59,920 bases of DNA from Gemmatimonadaceae bacterium (lineage in GTDB: Bacteria; Gemmatimonadota; Gemmatimonadetes; Gemmatimonadales; Gemmatimonadaceae), in contig DATAIS010000003.1 of assembly GCA_036262535.1 (NCBI GenBank), positions 1 to 59,920 on the forward strand, given 5' to 3'. This document shows, in pieces, positions 16,205 to 26,408 of the stretch (within the stretch, counting starts at the first letter, position 1; each line of letters begins with the position of its first letter). The notes under the pieces were generated by a model. The model was not told where the DNA came from. It ran no database searches and saw nothing but the letters and a program-made list of their open reading frames with translations. The position numbers were made by a program, and so were the translations under genes.

Positions 16205-16978
16205 CTACCGGGGGGCGCGAAGGTTGAAAAGCCGCCGCGCATTCTCGGCGGTCTGCGCGGCGAGGTCGCCGGGGTTCACCCCGCGCACGGCGGCGAGGTG
16301 CGCGACGGTGCGCGGGACGAAGCCGGGCTCGTTGCGCTTGCCACGATGCGGTACAGGCGCGAGGTACGGCGCGTCCGACTCGACGAGAAGCCGGTCGCCG
16401 GGCACGAGACGAAGCAGCTCGACGTCGTCCCACTTCCGGAAGGTGACGATGCCGCTGAAGGAGATCATCCAGCCGGCGTCGAGCCCCGTACGGGCCAGCG
16501 CGTGCGACCCGGTGAAGCAGTGCAGCACTCCGCGGACGCCTTTGCGCCCCGCGTCGGCGACGAGCTGCGCGGTGTCGGCTTCCGCCTCACGGGTGTGCGC
16601 GACGACCGGCCGTCCCGCCTCCCGCGCGATGTCGAGCTGCGCCGCGAAGGCGTGCCGCTGTCGCTCGCGCGGAGAGTGGTCGTAGTGGTAGTCGAGCCCA
16701 CATTCGCCGACGGCGACCGCACCGCGGTCGATCATCTCCCGGATCGCGGGAACCGCGGTTGCCTCGTCGAAGCCGGCCGCATCGTGGGGATGGATGCCGG
16801 CGGTGAACCAGAGGAACCCCGGCTGCGCCGACGCGAGGAGACGCGCCCGGTCGGCGGCGGCGAGCGATTCGCCGATGCAGACGATGCCGTCGAGGCCCGC
16901 CTCGCGCGCCCGCGCGATCACTTCCTCACGGTCGGTATCGAAGGCCGGGTCCGCGAGGTGCGCGTGACTGTCGATCAT
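16205..16978 (-). CDS. tatD: TatD family metal-dependent hydrolase (DNase)
   Basis: 257 aa. MIDSHAHL, GECGLDYHY, HTREA, VLHCFTG and ESDAPYL motifs. Confidence 0.88.
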   Translation of the reverse strand: MIDSHAHLADPAFDTDREEVIARAREAGLDGIVCIGESLAAADRARLLASAQPGFLWFTAGIHPHDAAGFDEATAVPAIREMIDRGAVAVGECGLDYHYDHSPRERQRHAFAAQLDIAREAGRPVVAHTREAEADTAQLVADAGRKGVRGVLHCFTGSHALARTGLDAGWMISFSGIVTFRKWDDVELLRLVPGDRLLVESDAPYLAPVPHRGKRNEPGFVPRTVAHLAAVRGVNPGDLAAQTAENARRLFNLRAPR

Positions 16979-17024
16979 GGCGCGGAAAGCAGCGCCGCCG
17001 CGCGGGTGCGCGGCGGCGGAGGGC

Positions 17025-18044
17025 TCAACGCTTGGTCGCCGGGGTGACGGCTGGCCCGCGCTGCGAGGCGGCCGCCGGCGTGCGCGGACGCGTCGCTTGT
17101 GGCGGAGTGGCCGTGGAGGAACCCTCCGTATGCGCGCGTGGCCACTTGTGGTTGATCAGCAGCAGGAGCGGGGAGGCAACGTAGATCGAGCTGATCGTGC
17201 CGATCGTGATGCCGAACAGCAGTACGAGCGCGAACGGACGCAACACCGGGCCGCCGAGCAGCGCGAGGGCGAGGAGACAGGCGAGCACCGTCGTACCCGT
17301 CATCACCGTTCGCGGCAGCGTCTCGTTCACGGCGCGATTGAGCAGCTCGCGCATGTTGATCTTCGAGCGCGTCCGGAGCAGCTCGCGGACGCGGTCGAAC
17401 ACCACGACCGTGTCGGAGAGCGAATAACCGATGACGGTGAGGATCGCGCCGACGAGAAAGAGGTTGATCTCGAGGTCGAGGTACTTGATGAACGCGAAGA
17501 CGGCGAGGATGTCGTGCACGTTCGCGAGCACGGCCGCGAGACCGAAGCGCCACTCGAAGCGGATCGCGAGGTAGATCAGCGACACACCGAACGAGATGAG
17601 CAGCGCGATGAGCGCCTTGCGCACCAGCTCCGAGCTGACGCGCGCCCCGATGGCTTCACTGCCGAGGATCCTGAACGCCCCCGCGCCGAAGCGCGCGGCG
17701 AGGGCGGCCTGGATCTGGTTCGAGACCGACCCCGCACCGCGGCCCACCTGCTCCGCGTGCGCCCGCTCCTGAGCGCGGACGACGATGTCCCGCGGCGAGC
17801 CGAAGGTCTGGACTTCAGTGTTCTCGAGCCCCGCATCGGTGAGCGCCTGGCGGACGTCGCCGACGTTCGGTGCCTTCTCGAACTGCAGCTGCACGAGCGT
17901 GCCGCCGGTGAACTCGATACCGAACCTGAAGCCCGAGACGGCGATCCAGACGATCGCCGGCAGCAGGAAGATCGTCAGCGCGATCGTGACCGGCTTCCAC
18001 AGACGGATGAAGTCGATCCTGGTGTCGTGAAGGATGCGCAGCAT
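17025..18044 (-). CDS. secF: Protein translocase subunit SecF
   Basis: ORF 17025..18248 trimmed to MLRILHDTRIDFIRLWKP (ATG 18044, sharing one base with the secD stop). It has a typical SecF TM topology and GYSLSDTVVVFDR and TLPRT motifs. Confidence 0.88.
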   Translation of the reverse strand: MLRILHDTRIDFIRLWKPVTIALTIFLLPAIVWIAVSGFRFGIEFTGGTLVQLQFEKAPNVGDVRQALTDAGLENTEVQTFGSPRDIVVRAQERAHAEQVGRGAGSVSNQIQAALAARFGAGAFRILGSEAIGARVSSELVRKALIALLISFGVSLIYLAIRFEWRFGLAAVLANVHDILAVFAFIKYLDLEINLFLVGAILTVIGYSLSDTVVVFDRVRELLRTRSKINMRELLNRAVNETLPRTVMTGTTVLACLLALALLGGPVLRPFALVLLFGITIGTISSIYVASPLLLLINHKWPRAHTEGSSTATPPQATRPRTPAAASQRGPAVTPATKR

Positions 18045-19708
18045 CAGATGCTCAGAGGTTGGGCGCCGCGCGAGCGGTCGAGCCACAGCAGGAAGAGCGT
18101 GCGAACCACGAACACCGAGCTGATGATCGACGAGGCGACACCCGCCATCAGCGTCACGGCGAAGCCCTGGACCGGGCCGGTGCCGTACTGATACAGGACT
18201 GCCGCCGTCAGCGCGGTGACGACGTGCGTATCGACGATGGCGCCCCACGAATGCCTGAAGCCTTCGTCGATGGAGGTGCGCACCGTCTTGCCGCGTGCGA
18301 GCTCCTCACGGATGCGCTCGAACTGGAGGAAGTTCGCGTCCACCGCCATGCCGATCGAGAGGATGAAGCCGGCGATGCCGGGGAGGGTCAGCGTCGCATC
18401 GAGCGCGGCGAGGAAGGCCAGCGTCGAGAGCGCGTAGAAAAACAACCCAGCCACCGCGAGGAAGCCCGAGAACCGATAGTAGATGACCATGATCAGGATG
18501 ACCAGCGCGAGGCCGAGCAGGCCCGCCTGGACTCCCTTGCGCACCGCATCCTGACCGAGGCTCGGCCCGATGGTGCGAACCTCGGCGATGCGGAGCGGCG
18601 TCGGCAATGCGCCGGCGCGGAGGACCAGGGCGAGATCCTGCGCGGCCTGGAGGTCGCGGCGACCCATGGTGATCTGGCCACGCGTGCTGATCGCGCTCTG
18701 GATGACCGGCGGGCGGCCCATGACCCGCTGATCGAGAACGATCGCCATGTAGTTCCCGATGTTGCGCTGCGTCTGCTGCTTGAACTGCGTTCCGCCTTCG
18801 TTGCTCAGCTGGAACTGAACGAGGGTGCCCTCGATCGGGTCCTGCTGCGGCTTGGCGTCGATGATCGAGCTGCCGGTGATGATCGGCTCGGCGTCGAGGA
18901 CATAAAGCGTCCGGAACGTCCGCCCGCCGACGACGAGGGAGTCGCTGCTCCAGCGGAGCACCTTGCGCGGCGGGAGCGCCGACTGGATTTCGGGGCGCTG
19001 GATGAGCGCGTCGATGCGCGCGAACTGATCGCTGGGGACGAGATACTCACCCGGCATGTCGCCCTTCTGGATGACGCTCGAAAAGACGCCGCCCGTCGCG
19101 ACGGCGGCGGAGTCGCGCGTCGAGTCCGCACCTGTGCGCCTGGTCGTGTCGGTTCCGAGGAGGCCGCCGAGCACGCCAGCGGTGCCGGTGGAGGGCTGCT
19201 GCGCGCCCGTCTTCGCCGGATTCGAAGCGACTACGGCGCCTCCGCCGAACTGCCGAGCCGCGGCGTCGAGCCGGCCAAGCGACCGCTCGAGCGCATTCGT
19301 CTTGTCGGTGATCTGGAACTCGAGATAGGCCGACTTCTGGAGGATCTCTTCGGCGCGGCTCGGATCATCGATTCCGGGGAGCTCGACGACGATCCGGTCG
19401 TCTCCGACGCGCTGGACGACGGGCTCGGCGACGCCGAACTGGTCGACGCGCGTCCGGACGACCTTGAGCGCCTTGTCGAGCGCTTCCGACTTGTCGGTCA
19501 CCGTGCCCTTCGACTCATCCACCTCGAGCGCGACGTGGACGCCGCCGGCGAGGTCGAGGCCGCGCTTGAGGGGCACGCGCTTGCGTTCCACGAAGGTGAA
19601 GTTGCCGTCGCGATCGCGAACGCGCTCGGTCACCGTGCGCGGCCACAGCGCGTACACGGACAGAAGGATGAGGGCGGCGATCAGCCCGATGCGCCACTTC
19701 AGACTCAT
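18044..19708 (-). CDS. secD: Protein translocase subunit SecD
   Basis: 554 aa. LGLDLAGGVHV, a periplasmic domain, then a C-terminal RND-like 6-TM module (GIAGFILSIGMAVDANFL). Confidence 0.9.
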   Translation of the reverse strand: MSLKWRIGLIAALILLSVYALWPRTVTERVRDRDGNFTFVERKRVPLKRGLDLAGGVHVALEVDESKGTVTDKSEALDKALKVVRTRVDQFGVAEPVVQRVGDDRIVVELPGIDDPSRAEEILQKSAYLEFQITDKTNALERSLGRLDAAARQFGGGAVVASNPAKTGAQQPSTGTAGVLGGLLGTDTTRRTGADSTRDSAAVATGGVFSSVIQKGDMPGEYLVPSDQFARIDALIQRPEIQSALPPRKVLRWSSDSLVVGGRTFRTLYVLDAEPIITGSSIIDAKPQQDPIEGTLVQFQLSNEGGTQFKQQTQRNIGNYMAIVLDQRVMGRPPVIQSAISTRGQITMGRRDLQAAQDLALVLRAGALPTPLRIAEVRTIGPSLGQDAVRKGVQAGLLGLALVILIMVIYYRFSGFLAVAGLFFYALSTLAFLAALDATLTLPGIAGFILSIGMAVDANFLQFERIREELARGKTVRTSIDEGFRHSWGAIVDTHVVTALTAAVLYQYGTGPVQGFAVTLMAGVASSIISSVFVVRTLFLLWLDRSRGAQPLSI

Positions 19709-19712
19709 GCGA

Positions 19713-20696
19713 CTACTGTTGGGGGGTAAACGATCCGGTGGAACTAGGAAAGGTACGGGGGGCTCCGGAGGCAGTCAACGCGCGACGAGCGGCAACTTCA
19801 TCGCGCCGAAGCTGCTCGACGAGGGCCTGTGGCGACTCGAAGCGCGTCGTGTCGCGCAGGCGGGCGACGAAATCGAGCCGGACCGTCGTGTCGTACCAGT
19901 CTCCGCTCGCGTCGAAGAGGTGCGCTTCGAGCACCCGCTCCTCCTCGCCGAAGGTCGGGCGGGGGCCGAGGTTCATCATCCCGCCGAAGGCGCCGTTCCG
20001 CGTTTGCGCTCTGACTGCATACACCCCTTCCGGCGGAAGGAGCTTCCGCGGCGACGGCGGCTCGAGATTCAGGGTCCGGAAGCCGAGGTCGCGTCCGCGC
20101 CGCGCTCCGCGGACGACGCGGCCACTCACCGAATAGAGGCGACCGAGCGCTGCCGCCGCGCGCTGGAGGTCGCCACCGGCGAGCGAGCGCCGGATGAACG
20201 TCGACGAGATGGGGCGATCGTCGCCGGCACTCACGGGGGGAACGACCTCGACGCGGAAGCCGCGCCGCGCGCCGAGCGCCTGAAGCACCTCGGTGTCTCC
20301 GGAGCGGCCGCGGCCGAAGCCGTGATCGTGACCGATGAGCAGCTCGCGCATCGAGTACCGCTCCTGGAGCAGCGCGACGAACTCCTCCGCGCCGAGTCTG
20401 CTCAGGCCGTGCGTGAACGGGATGACGACGAGGTGCTCGATCCCGCTCTCGGCGATGATCTCGAGCTTCTCGTCACCGACTGTGAGAAGCGCGGGCGCGG
20501 CCCGCGGGTTCACGACCTCGAGCGGGTGCGGATCGAAGGTGACGACCACGCTGGTGAGAGAAGTCGCGCGAGCGCGCGCGACGACCCGCGAGAGTACGTC
20601 GAGATGGCCGAGGTGCACTCCGTCGAAGGTTCCGACGGTGACGACGGCGCCGCCGGCGAGCCCCGGCAGCGCGTCGGGGATGCGACGGTCACGCAT
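19713..20696 (-). CDS. ribF: Bifunctional riboflavin kinase / FMN adenylyltransferase
   Basis: ORF 19713..21044 trimmed to MRDRRIP (ATG 20696), 327 aa. GTFDGVHLGH, FDPHP, SST.IR and the C-terminal riboflavin kinase segment (GFRTLNL...GVYAV...MNLGPRPTF). Confidence 0.88.
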   Translation of the reverse strand: MRDRRIPDALPGLAGGAVVTVGTFDGVHLGHLDVLSRVVARARATSLTSVVVTFDPHPLEVVNPRAAPALLTVGDEKLEIIAESGIEHLVVIPFTHGLSRLGAEEFVALLQERYSMRELLIGHDHGFGRGRSGDTEVLQALGARRGFRVEVVPPVSAGDDRPISSTFIRRSLAGGDLQRAAAALGRLYSVSGRVVRGARRGRDLGFRTLNLEPPSPRKLLPPEGVYAVRAQTRNGAFGGMMNLGPRPTFGEEERVLEAHLFDASGDWYDTTVRLDFVARLRDTTRFESPQALVEQLRRDEVAARRALTASGAPRTFPSSTGSFTPQQ

Positions 20697-21546
20697 CGGC
20701 GAACACCACGCGCGGACGCCACTCGTCGGCGTCGCGCTCGGCGAGGGCGAGCAACGCCCCATCGGGCGCGAGAAGCGCGACGCGCGCGCTCGCCGACTCG
20801 GCGGGGATCGGATTGCCGTGTGCAACGCGTGAGGCAGCGCCCTCCGCGAGCACGCGCCGCTCGAGATCCGGCAGCGCGTCGAGCGCGGGCCGAAGCGCCT
20901 CCGCGGACAGCTCGGCGACGGCTGCTGCGTCGCTGACCGAGAACGGCCCGCTCGCCGTCCGCCGGAGCGCGACGAGGTGGGCGGCGCTCCCCGAGAGCTC
21001 GCCGAGATCGCGCGCCAGGGCGCGGACGTAGGTGCCGCCCCCACAGACGATCGTCACGTCACATTCCTCGCCGCGCCAGGCGCGCAGCCGCCAGCTGTCG
21101 ACGCGGACGCGAACGGGCGCGAGGTCGAGAGGCGCGCCGCGACGCGCCGCGGTGTATGCGCGCGTGCCGCCGACCTGCTTCGCCGAATATGCCGGCGGAC
21201 GCTGCTCGATCACGCCGGTGAGGGCGAGCATTCCGCGCTCGACCGCGGCGCGGTCGGGGAGAGGAGCCTCGGAGACGACGGCGCCGGTGAGGTCGTCGGT
21301 GTCGGTCGCGCTGCCGAAGCGTATCGTCGCCTCGTAGACCTTCGGCTCACCGGGGATGAAGGAGATGAGTCGGGTCGCCTTCCCGACGAGGAGTACGAGC
21401 AGCCCGGTGGCGAAGGGGTCGAGGGTTCCGGCATGGCCGACGCGGCGCTCGCGCAACGCGTGCCGCGCGCGATCGACCACGTCGTGGGACGTCATCCCCG
21501 CCGGCTTGTCGACGAGGAGAAGGCCTTCATGCGCCGTCCGCCCCAT
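20689..21546 (-). CDS. truB: tRNA pseudouridine(55) synthase
   Basis: ORF 20689..21831 trimmed to MGRTAHEGLLLVDKPAGMTSHD (ATG 21546), 285 aa. Catalytic HAGTLDPFATGLL motif. Confidence 0.88.
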   Translation of the reverse strand: MGRTAHEGLLLVDKPAGMTSHDVVDRARHALRERRVGHAGTLDPFATGLLVLLVGKATRLISFIPGEPKVYEATIRFGSATDTDDLTGAVVSEAPLPDRAAVERGMLALTGVIEQRPPAYSAKQVGGTRAYTAARRGAPLDLAPVRVRVDSWRLRAWRGEECDVTIVCGGGTYVRALARDLGELSGSAAHLVALRRTASGPFSVSDAAAVAELSAEALRPALDALPDLERRVLAEGAASRVAHGNPIPAESASARVALLAPDGALLALAERDADEWRPRVVFADA

Positions 21547-21946
21547 CGTCAGGCGAGGTGTTCCCTGCCCCCCGAGCGGGATTCTCGCGGGGTGGCGAGC
21601 TCTCGCGAATCTGGTTGAGCAGGGTGTCGATACGTGCCGCGCGCGCGACGCTCTCGTCGGGCACGAACCGGACTTCCGGCGCCACGCGCAGACGCAGCGA
21701 GCGCGCGAGGCGCGAGCGCAGGTGCCCCTGCACGCTCTCGAGTCCCTCGAAGGTGGATCCGCGTTCTTCCTCCGAGCCGAGGACGCTGACGAAGATCTTC
21801 GCGAAGCGCAGGTCACCGGTGACGTCCACACCAGTCACGGTGACCATCGCCGTCACGCGCGGGTCCTTGACCCCCTCCGCGAGGAAACGCGCGGTCTCCT
21901 CGCGGATCGCTTCGGCGACGCGGTCCGCCCGCCGGTGCTGCGCCAC
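21527..21946 (-). CDS. rbfA: Ribosome-binding factor A
   Basis: 139 aa. RRADRVAEAIREE...DPRV..VTVTGVDVTGDLRFAKIFVS is the RbfA KH-like pattern, in the canonical position between infB and truB. Confidence 0.85.
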   Translation of the reverse strand: MAQHRRADRVAEAIREETARFLAEGVKDPRVTAMVTVTGVDVTGDLRFAKIFVSVLGSEEERGSTFEGLESVQGHLRSRLARSLRLRVAPEVRFVPDESVARAARIDTLLNQIRESSPPRENPARGAGNTSPDDGADGA

Positions 21947-21949
21947 GAA

Positions 21950-24700
21950 CTAGCTCGCCGAGCCGGCGAGAGTGCGCGCGATCTCCTCGGTCCGGTAGCA
22001 CTCGATGACGTCGCCGACCTTGATGTCGTTGAAGTTCTCGATGCCGATACCGCACTCGAATCCTTCGCGCACCTCGCGCACGTCGTCCTTGAACCGGCGC
22101 AGCGAGCTGATGGTGCCGTCGTACACCTCGACGCCGTCGCGAATGACGCGGACGCGACCCTGGCGATTGATGACGCCGCTGCGCACCGAGCAGCCGGCGA
22201 TGACTCCGATGCGCGGAACCTTGAAGGTCTCGCGAACCTCGGCCTCGCCGAAGACGACTTCCTTCTCCTCCGGGCGGAGCAGCCCCTCGAGCGCCGACCG
22301 AACGTCCGCCACCGCCTCGTAGATGATGCGGTAAAGCTTGATGTCCACGCCCTCGCGCTCGGCGGCGTTGCGGGCGTTGTTGTCGGGCCTGACGTGGAAG
22401 CCGATGATGATCGCCCCCGACGCGCGCGCGAGGAGGATGTCACTCTCCGTGATCGCGCCGACGCCGCGGTGGATGATCTCGACCTGGACCTCGTTCGTCG
22501 ACAGCTGCTGGAGCGCGTCGGCGAGCGCCTCGGCGGGACCGCCCTGGTCCGCCTTGATGAGAATGCGCAGCGTCCGCGCTTCGCCCGACGCGGTCTTCGC
22601 CATGAAGTCCTCGAGCGTGACGACGGCGCCGCGGGTGATGCGACGGCTCTTCGCCTCGCGATCGAGCCGCTGGCGCCGCTGGGCGACGTCGCGGGCGTCG
22701 GTCGCGTCCTCGACGACGATGAGCTGGTCGCCGGCCATCGGAACACCCTCGATGCCGAGCACCTGCACCGGGATGGCGGGACCGGCCTTCTTGACCGTGC
22801 GCCCACGCTCATCGAGGAGCGCGCGCACGCGGCCCGAGTACATGCCGCAGATGAAGTCGTCACCGACGCTGAGGGTGCCGTTCTGGACGAGCACCGTCGC
22901 GACGGGACCCTTCCCCGGATCGAGCTGTGCCTCGACGACCGTACCGGTCGCCCGCCGATTCGGGTTCGCCTTGAGGTCGAGGATCTCCGACTGGAGCAGG
23001 ATCTGCTCGAGGAGCGTATCGATCCCTGTCCCCTTCTTCGCCGAGATCTCCGAGTGGAGCGTCTGGCCGCCGAACTGCTCGAGCACGACGCCGTGCTGGA
23101 GCAGGTCCTGGGTGACCTTCATCGGGTTGGCCTGCGGCAGATCGATCTTGTTGATCGCGACGATGATCGGCACGCCCGCATTCTTCGCGTGCGAGATCGC
23201 CTCGATCGTCTGCGGCATGACCGCGTCGTCCGCGGCCACGACGAGTACGACGATGTCGGTCACTTCGGCGCCGCGCGCGCGCATCGCGGTGAACGCCTCG
23301 TGACCCGGCGTGTCGAGGAAGGTGATCTGCTTCCCACCGCCGACGGTGACGTGATAGGCGCCGATGTGCTGCGTGATGCCACCCGCCTCCCCCGCGACGA
23401 CGTTCGCCTTGCGGATGTAGTCGAGCAGCGACGTCTTGCCGTGGTCGACGTGGCCCATGATCGTGACGACCGGTGGGCGCGACTCGAGCTCCTCGGCCGT
23501 GTCGGCGACCTGCTCTTCGGCCTCGGCCTGATACTCGTCCTCGCGGACGGCCTGGAAGCCGAACTCGCCGGCGATGAGGTCGATCTGGTCGAAGTCGAGT
23601 CGCTGGTTGATCGTCACCATGAAGCCGAGGTTCTTGAAGGCGAAGGCGACGATCTCGGTCGGCGTGATCTTGAGGATCTGCGCGAGCTCGCTGACCGTGA
23701 TGAACTCGTTGACGCGGACTGTCTTCCGCTCCTTCTCAGCCGCGGCGGCGCGCTGCGCCTCGAGCTCCTCGCGGTTGGTCTCGTCGCGGCGCGGCGCGCC
23801 CTTGCGGCCGACCGGGCCACGCATGGTGGACAGCGTCCGCGAGATGTTCGACTGCACGGCTTCCTGATCGACCTGACCACGCTTCCCCTTCTTGCGGCGA
23901 CCGCGGTCGCGCTCGCCCATCGAAGGCGGAGTGGCCGTCCCTGCGCCACCGCCGCCGCCGCCACCACCGGTCCGCGCGTCGCGCGGGGGCGGGTATCCGC
24001 CGGGCTGCGCGGACGCGATCGGGCGCGGAGGGAGGAAGCGAGCGGACGCCGGCATCGGCTTCTGCCGCGGCGCGCCCGGAACGATCGGGCGAGGGCGCGG
24101 AGCCGCGCTCGGCGCAGCAGCCTGCGGGACGGCGGGCTCTCCCCCGTCCTCGGCCGCAGGAGCCGCGGCGGCGGCCGCCTCCTGCTGGGCGCGACGCAGC
24201 GCCTCGCGCTCCTCCTCGAGACGACGGCGCGCCTCTTCGGCCGCGCGTCGGTCGGCCTCGAGCGCGGCCTGACGTTCGGCTTCGGCGCGCTCCGCCTCAC
24301 GGCGCGTCGCCTCGAGCGCTGCCTGACGCTCCGCCTCTGCTGCCGCTTCGGCCGCTGCGGCCGCTGCGGCGCTCTCGACGTCCGCCGCCTTGCGACGGCG
24401 ACGCACGGGACTGTCGGCGTCCGCGACCGGCGCGGGCGTCGGTGCGACGACCACCTTCTCGGGCGCGGCGACGGGGGCCGCAGCGCTGCGGCGGCGGGCC
24501 GCCTTGGCCGGCGCGGCCGGCTTCTCGGCGCGCGCGCGCTTCTCACGCTCCCAGCGTGCGCGGATGCGCGCCACCTGGTCGTCGGTGAGTGGGCTGATGT
24601 GGCTGCGGACCGGGATGTCCATCCCGCGTAGCAGCGTGACCACTTCGTCGGCGCTGATCCCGAACTCGCCTGCCAATTCGTTGACGCGAAGCTTGCTCAA
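21950..24700 (-). CDS. infB: Translation initiation factor IF-2
   Basis: 916 aa. An Ala/Arg/Glu-rich N-terminal region, then the GTPase domain (GHVDHGKTSLLD, DTPGH, NKID) and C-terminal IF-2 domains. Confidence 0.95.
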   Translation of the reverse strand: MSKLRVNELAGEFGISADEVVTLLRGMDIPVRSHISPLTDDQVARIRARWEREKRARAEKPAAPAKAARRRSAAAPVAAPEKVVVAPTPAPVADADSPVRRRRKAADVESAAAAAAAEAAAEAERQAALEATRREAERAEAERQAALEADRRAAEEARRRLEEEREALRRAQQEAAAAAAPAAEDGGEPAVPQAAAPSAAPRPRPIVPGAPRQKPMPASARFLPPRPIASAQPGGYPPPRDARTGGGGGGGGAGTATPPSMGERDRGRRKKGKRGQVDQEAVQSNISRTLSTMRGPVGRKGAPRRDETNREELEAQRAAAAEKERKTVRVNEFITVSELAQILKITPTEIVAFAFKNLGFMVTINQRLDFDQIDLIAGEFGFQAVREDEYQAEAEEQVADTAEELESRPPVVTIMGHVDHGKTSLLDYIRKANVVAGEAGGITQHIGAYHVTVGGGKQITFLDTPGHEAFTAMRARGAEVTDIVVLVVAADDAVMPQTIEAISHAKNAGVPIIVAINKIDLPQANPMKVTQDLLQHGVVLEQFGGQTLHSEISAKKGTGIDTLLEQILLQSEILDLKANPNRRATGTVVEAQLDPGKGPVATVLVQNGTLSVGDDFICGMYSGRVRALLDERGRTVKKAGPAIPVQVLGIEGVPMAGDQLIVVEDATDARDVAQRRQRLDREAKSRRITRGAVVTLEDFMAKTASGEARTLRILIKADQGGPAEALADALQQLSTNEVQVEIIHRGVGAITESDILLARASGAIIIGFHVRPDNNARNAAEREGVDIKLYRIIYEAVADVRSALEGLLRPEEKEVVFGEAEVRETFKVPRIGVIAGCSVRSGVINRQGRVRVIRDGVEVYDGTISSLRRFKDDVREVREGFECGIGIENFNDIKVGDVIECYRTEEIARTLAGSAS

Positions 24701-25038
24701 GCCTTCCTCCTAGTGGGCGACCGGGGCGCGCGCTCCTCGCGCGCCGACGATACGCCTTCCACGAGCTCGCGAATCCCACGCGCGAGCGTCCCATCCACGA
24801 TGCCGACCGCCGCCGCGGACTCGCGTCCAACGGCATCGCCCAGCTCCGCCGCCGAGAGAACCTCGGCGAAGCGGACCCGGCGCGCGTTCAGCAGCGGGAG
24901 CACCTTCTCCCGACTGTTGTGTGACGCGTCCGGGGCGACCATCGCGTACGCAAGCCGATTCTTCACCGCGGCGATCCGCACCTGCTCAACTCCGACTATG
25001 ACGTTGCGTCCGCGCATGCCGAGACCGATGAGGCGCAT
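24697..25038 (-). CDS. L7Ae/L30e-family RNA-binding protein (YlxQ-like)
   Basis: ORF 24697..25638 trimmed to MRLIGLGMRGRNVIVGVEQV (ATG 25038), with an alternative GTG at 25065. It is L7Ae-like (G..V.G...V......K..L..A.D.S) and occupies the canonical nusA-ylxQ-infB position. No ylxR/DUF448 gene is seen. Confidence 0.65.
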   Translation of the reverse strand: MRLIGLGMRGRNVIVGVEQVRIAAVKNRLAYAMVAPDASHNSREKVLPLLNARRVRFAEVLSAAELGDAVGRESAAAVGIVDGTLARGIRELVEGVSSAREERAPRSPTRRKA

Positions 25039-25067
25039 CAGCTTGACGCGGACGTCCTGCTCCACCG

Positions 25068-26399
25068 TTATACCTTGGCGGGCGATCCCGTGTCGCCCTC
25101 GTCGTCGCCACCACCTTCTTCGGTGAGCTGATCGATCATGTTCATGATGCGATCCGCTTCGGCGGGGGCGATGCCTGGAAGCTTGAGGAAGTCGTCGCGC
25201 TCGAGATCGATGATGTCGTTCAGCGTGCGATAGCCCGCCTCGGCGAGCACCGCGACCGTCGCCGGCGGGAAGCCGTCGATCTCGGAGAGCTTCACGTCGA
25301 CTTCCGTGTCCGCACCCGGGAGCGGAGCGAACACGCCCTCGGCGCCGCGCTCCATCCACTCGCGGCTCGAGAAGAGGTCGATCTTCCAGCCCGTGAGCTC
25401 GGACGCGAGGCGCACGTTCTGGCCGTTGCGGCCGATGGCCAGCGAGAGCTGGTCGTCGTCGACGACGGCCTGAACGGTCTTCGTCGCCGGATCGCTGAAG
25501 ACGCGCGCGACGCGCGCGGGCGCCAGCGCCAGCTTCGCGAAACGCTCCGGGTCGGAGGACCAGGGGACGATGTCGATGCGCTCGCCACCGAGCTCGTTGA
25601 CCACGGCCTGCACGCGCGAGCCCTTGAGGCCGACGCACGCGCCGACCGGATCGATCGAGTCGTCGCGCGAGAAGACGGCGATCTTCGAGCGGCTGCCGAC
25701 CTCGCGAGCGGCGGCCCGGATCTCGACGATCCCCTGCTGGATCTCGGGGACCTCGAGCTTGAAGAGCGCCTTCACGAACATCGGGTCGGATCGGCTGAGA
25801 ATGAGCCGCGGTCCCTTCGGGGTCTCCTCGACGCGCTTGAGGACGGCGCGGATCGGCTCACCCTGATGGAAGTGCTCGCGATGATTCTGCTCGCGGTAGG
25901 GGATGATCGCCTCCGCTTCGCGGAACTTGTTGAGCATGACCACCAGCTTGCCGCGCTCGATCTGCTGGATCTCGCCCGAGAGCAGCTCGCCGACGCGAGA
26001 CGAGAACTCGTCGCGGATGCGGGTGCGCTCGCCCTCACGGACGCGCTGGATGATGCGCTGCTTCGCGGCCTGCACCGCGGCACGGCCAAAGACGGCGAAG
26101 TCGACCGGCTCCTCCATCTGATCGCCGACCTCGAAGCCGTCGTCGTAAAAGCGCGCCTCCTCGAGAGCGATCTCGCGCGCCGGATCGCTCACGGCCTCGA
26201 CGACGGTCTTGAGGACGACGATGCGGATCTCGCCGCGTCCGTCGTCGATGTTGACCTCAGCCTGCACGGTCGGGCCGTACTTCTTCGCCAGCGCGGCGTA
26301 GATGCCGTCCTGGAGAAGTCCGTGAAGCTCGGACCGATCGAGCTGCTTGACGTTCGACAGCTCGCGGAACGAAGCGAGAATCTCTGTTGAGCTGACCAT
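25068..26399 (-). CDS. nusA: Transcription termination/antitermination factor NusA
   Basis: 443 aa. N-terminal domain, S1 domain, two KH domains (GACVGLKGSRVQAV, IGRNGQNVRLAS) and a C-terminal HhH-type repeat. Confidence 0.93.
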   Translation of the reverse strand: MVSSTEILASFRELSNVKQLDRSELHGLLQDGIYAALAKKYGPTVQAEVNIDDGRGEIRIVVLKTVVEAVSDPAREIALEEARFYDDGFEVGDQMEEPVDFAVFGRAAVQAAKQRIIQRVREGERTRIRDEFSSRVGELLSGEIQQIERGKLVVMLNKFREAEAIIPYREQNHREHFHQGEPIRAVLKRVEETPKGPRLILSRSDPMFVKALFKLEVPEIQQGIVEIRAAAREVGSRSKIAVFSRDDSIDPVGACVGLKGSRVQAVVNELGGERIDIVPWSSDPERFAKLALAPARVARVFSDPATKTVQAVVDDDQLSLAIGRNGQNVRLASELTGWKIDLFSSREWMERGAEGVFAPLPGADTEVDVKLSEIDGFPPATVAVLAEAGYRTLNDIIDLERDDFLKLPGIAPAEADRIMNMIDQLTEEGGGDDEGDTGSPAKV

Positions 26400-26408
26400 C
26401 CGATCCCT

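Noticed and set aside
15705-16433. 242-aa minus-strand ORF.
   Set aside because: Only its last 19 codons are real, forming the selD N-terminus up to the UGA. The rest runs out of frame across ridA and is Arg-rich low complexity.
18059-19729. 556-aa plus-strand ORF, and similar ORFs at 9895..11349, 27644..28894, 31140..32942, 44075..45376, 48920..50341 and 55441..57090.
   Set aside because: All are antisense shadows of confidently identified minus-strand genes: secD, the HEAT/PPIase gene, murA, gatB, groEL, bshA and batB-C.
21356-24631. 1091-aa plus-strand ORF, the longest in the track.
   Set aside because: It lies exactly antisense to infB, which has unmistakable IF-2 motifs. Its translation is Arg/Asp/Leu/Ala-rich low complexity with no recognisable domain. 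Long mirror-frame ORFs are expected at this GC content.
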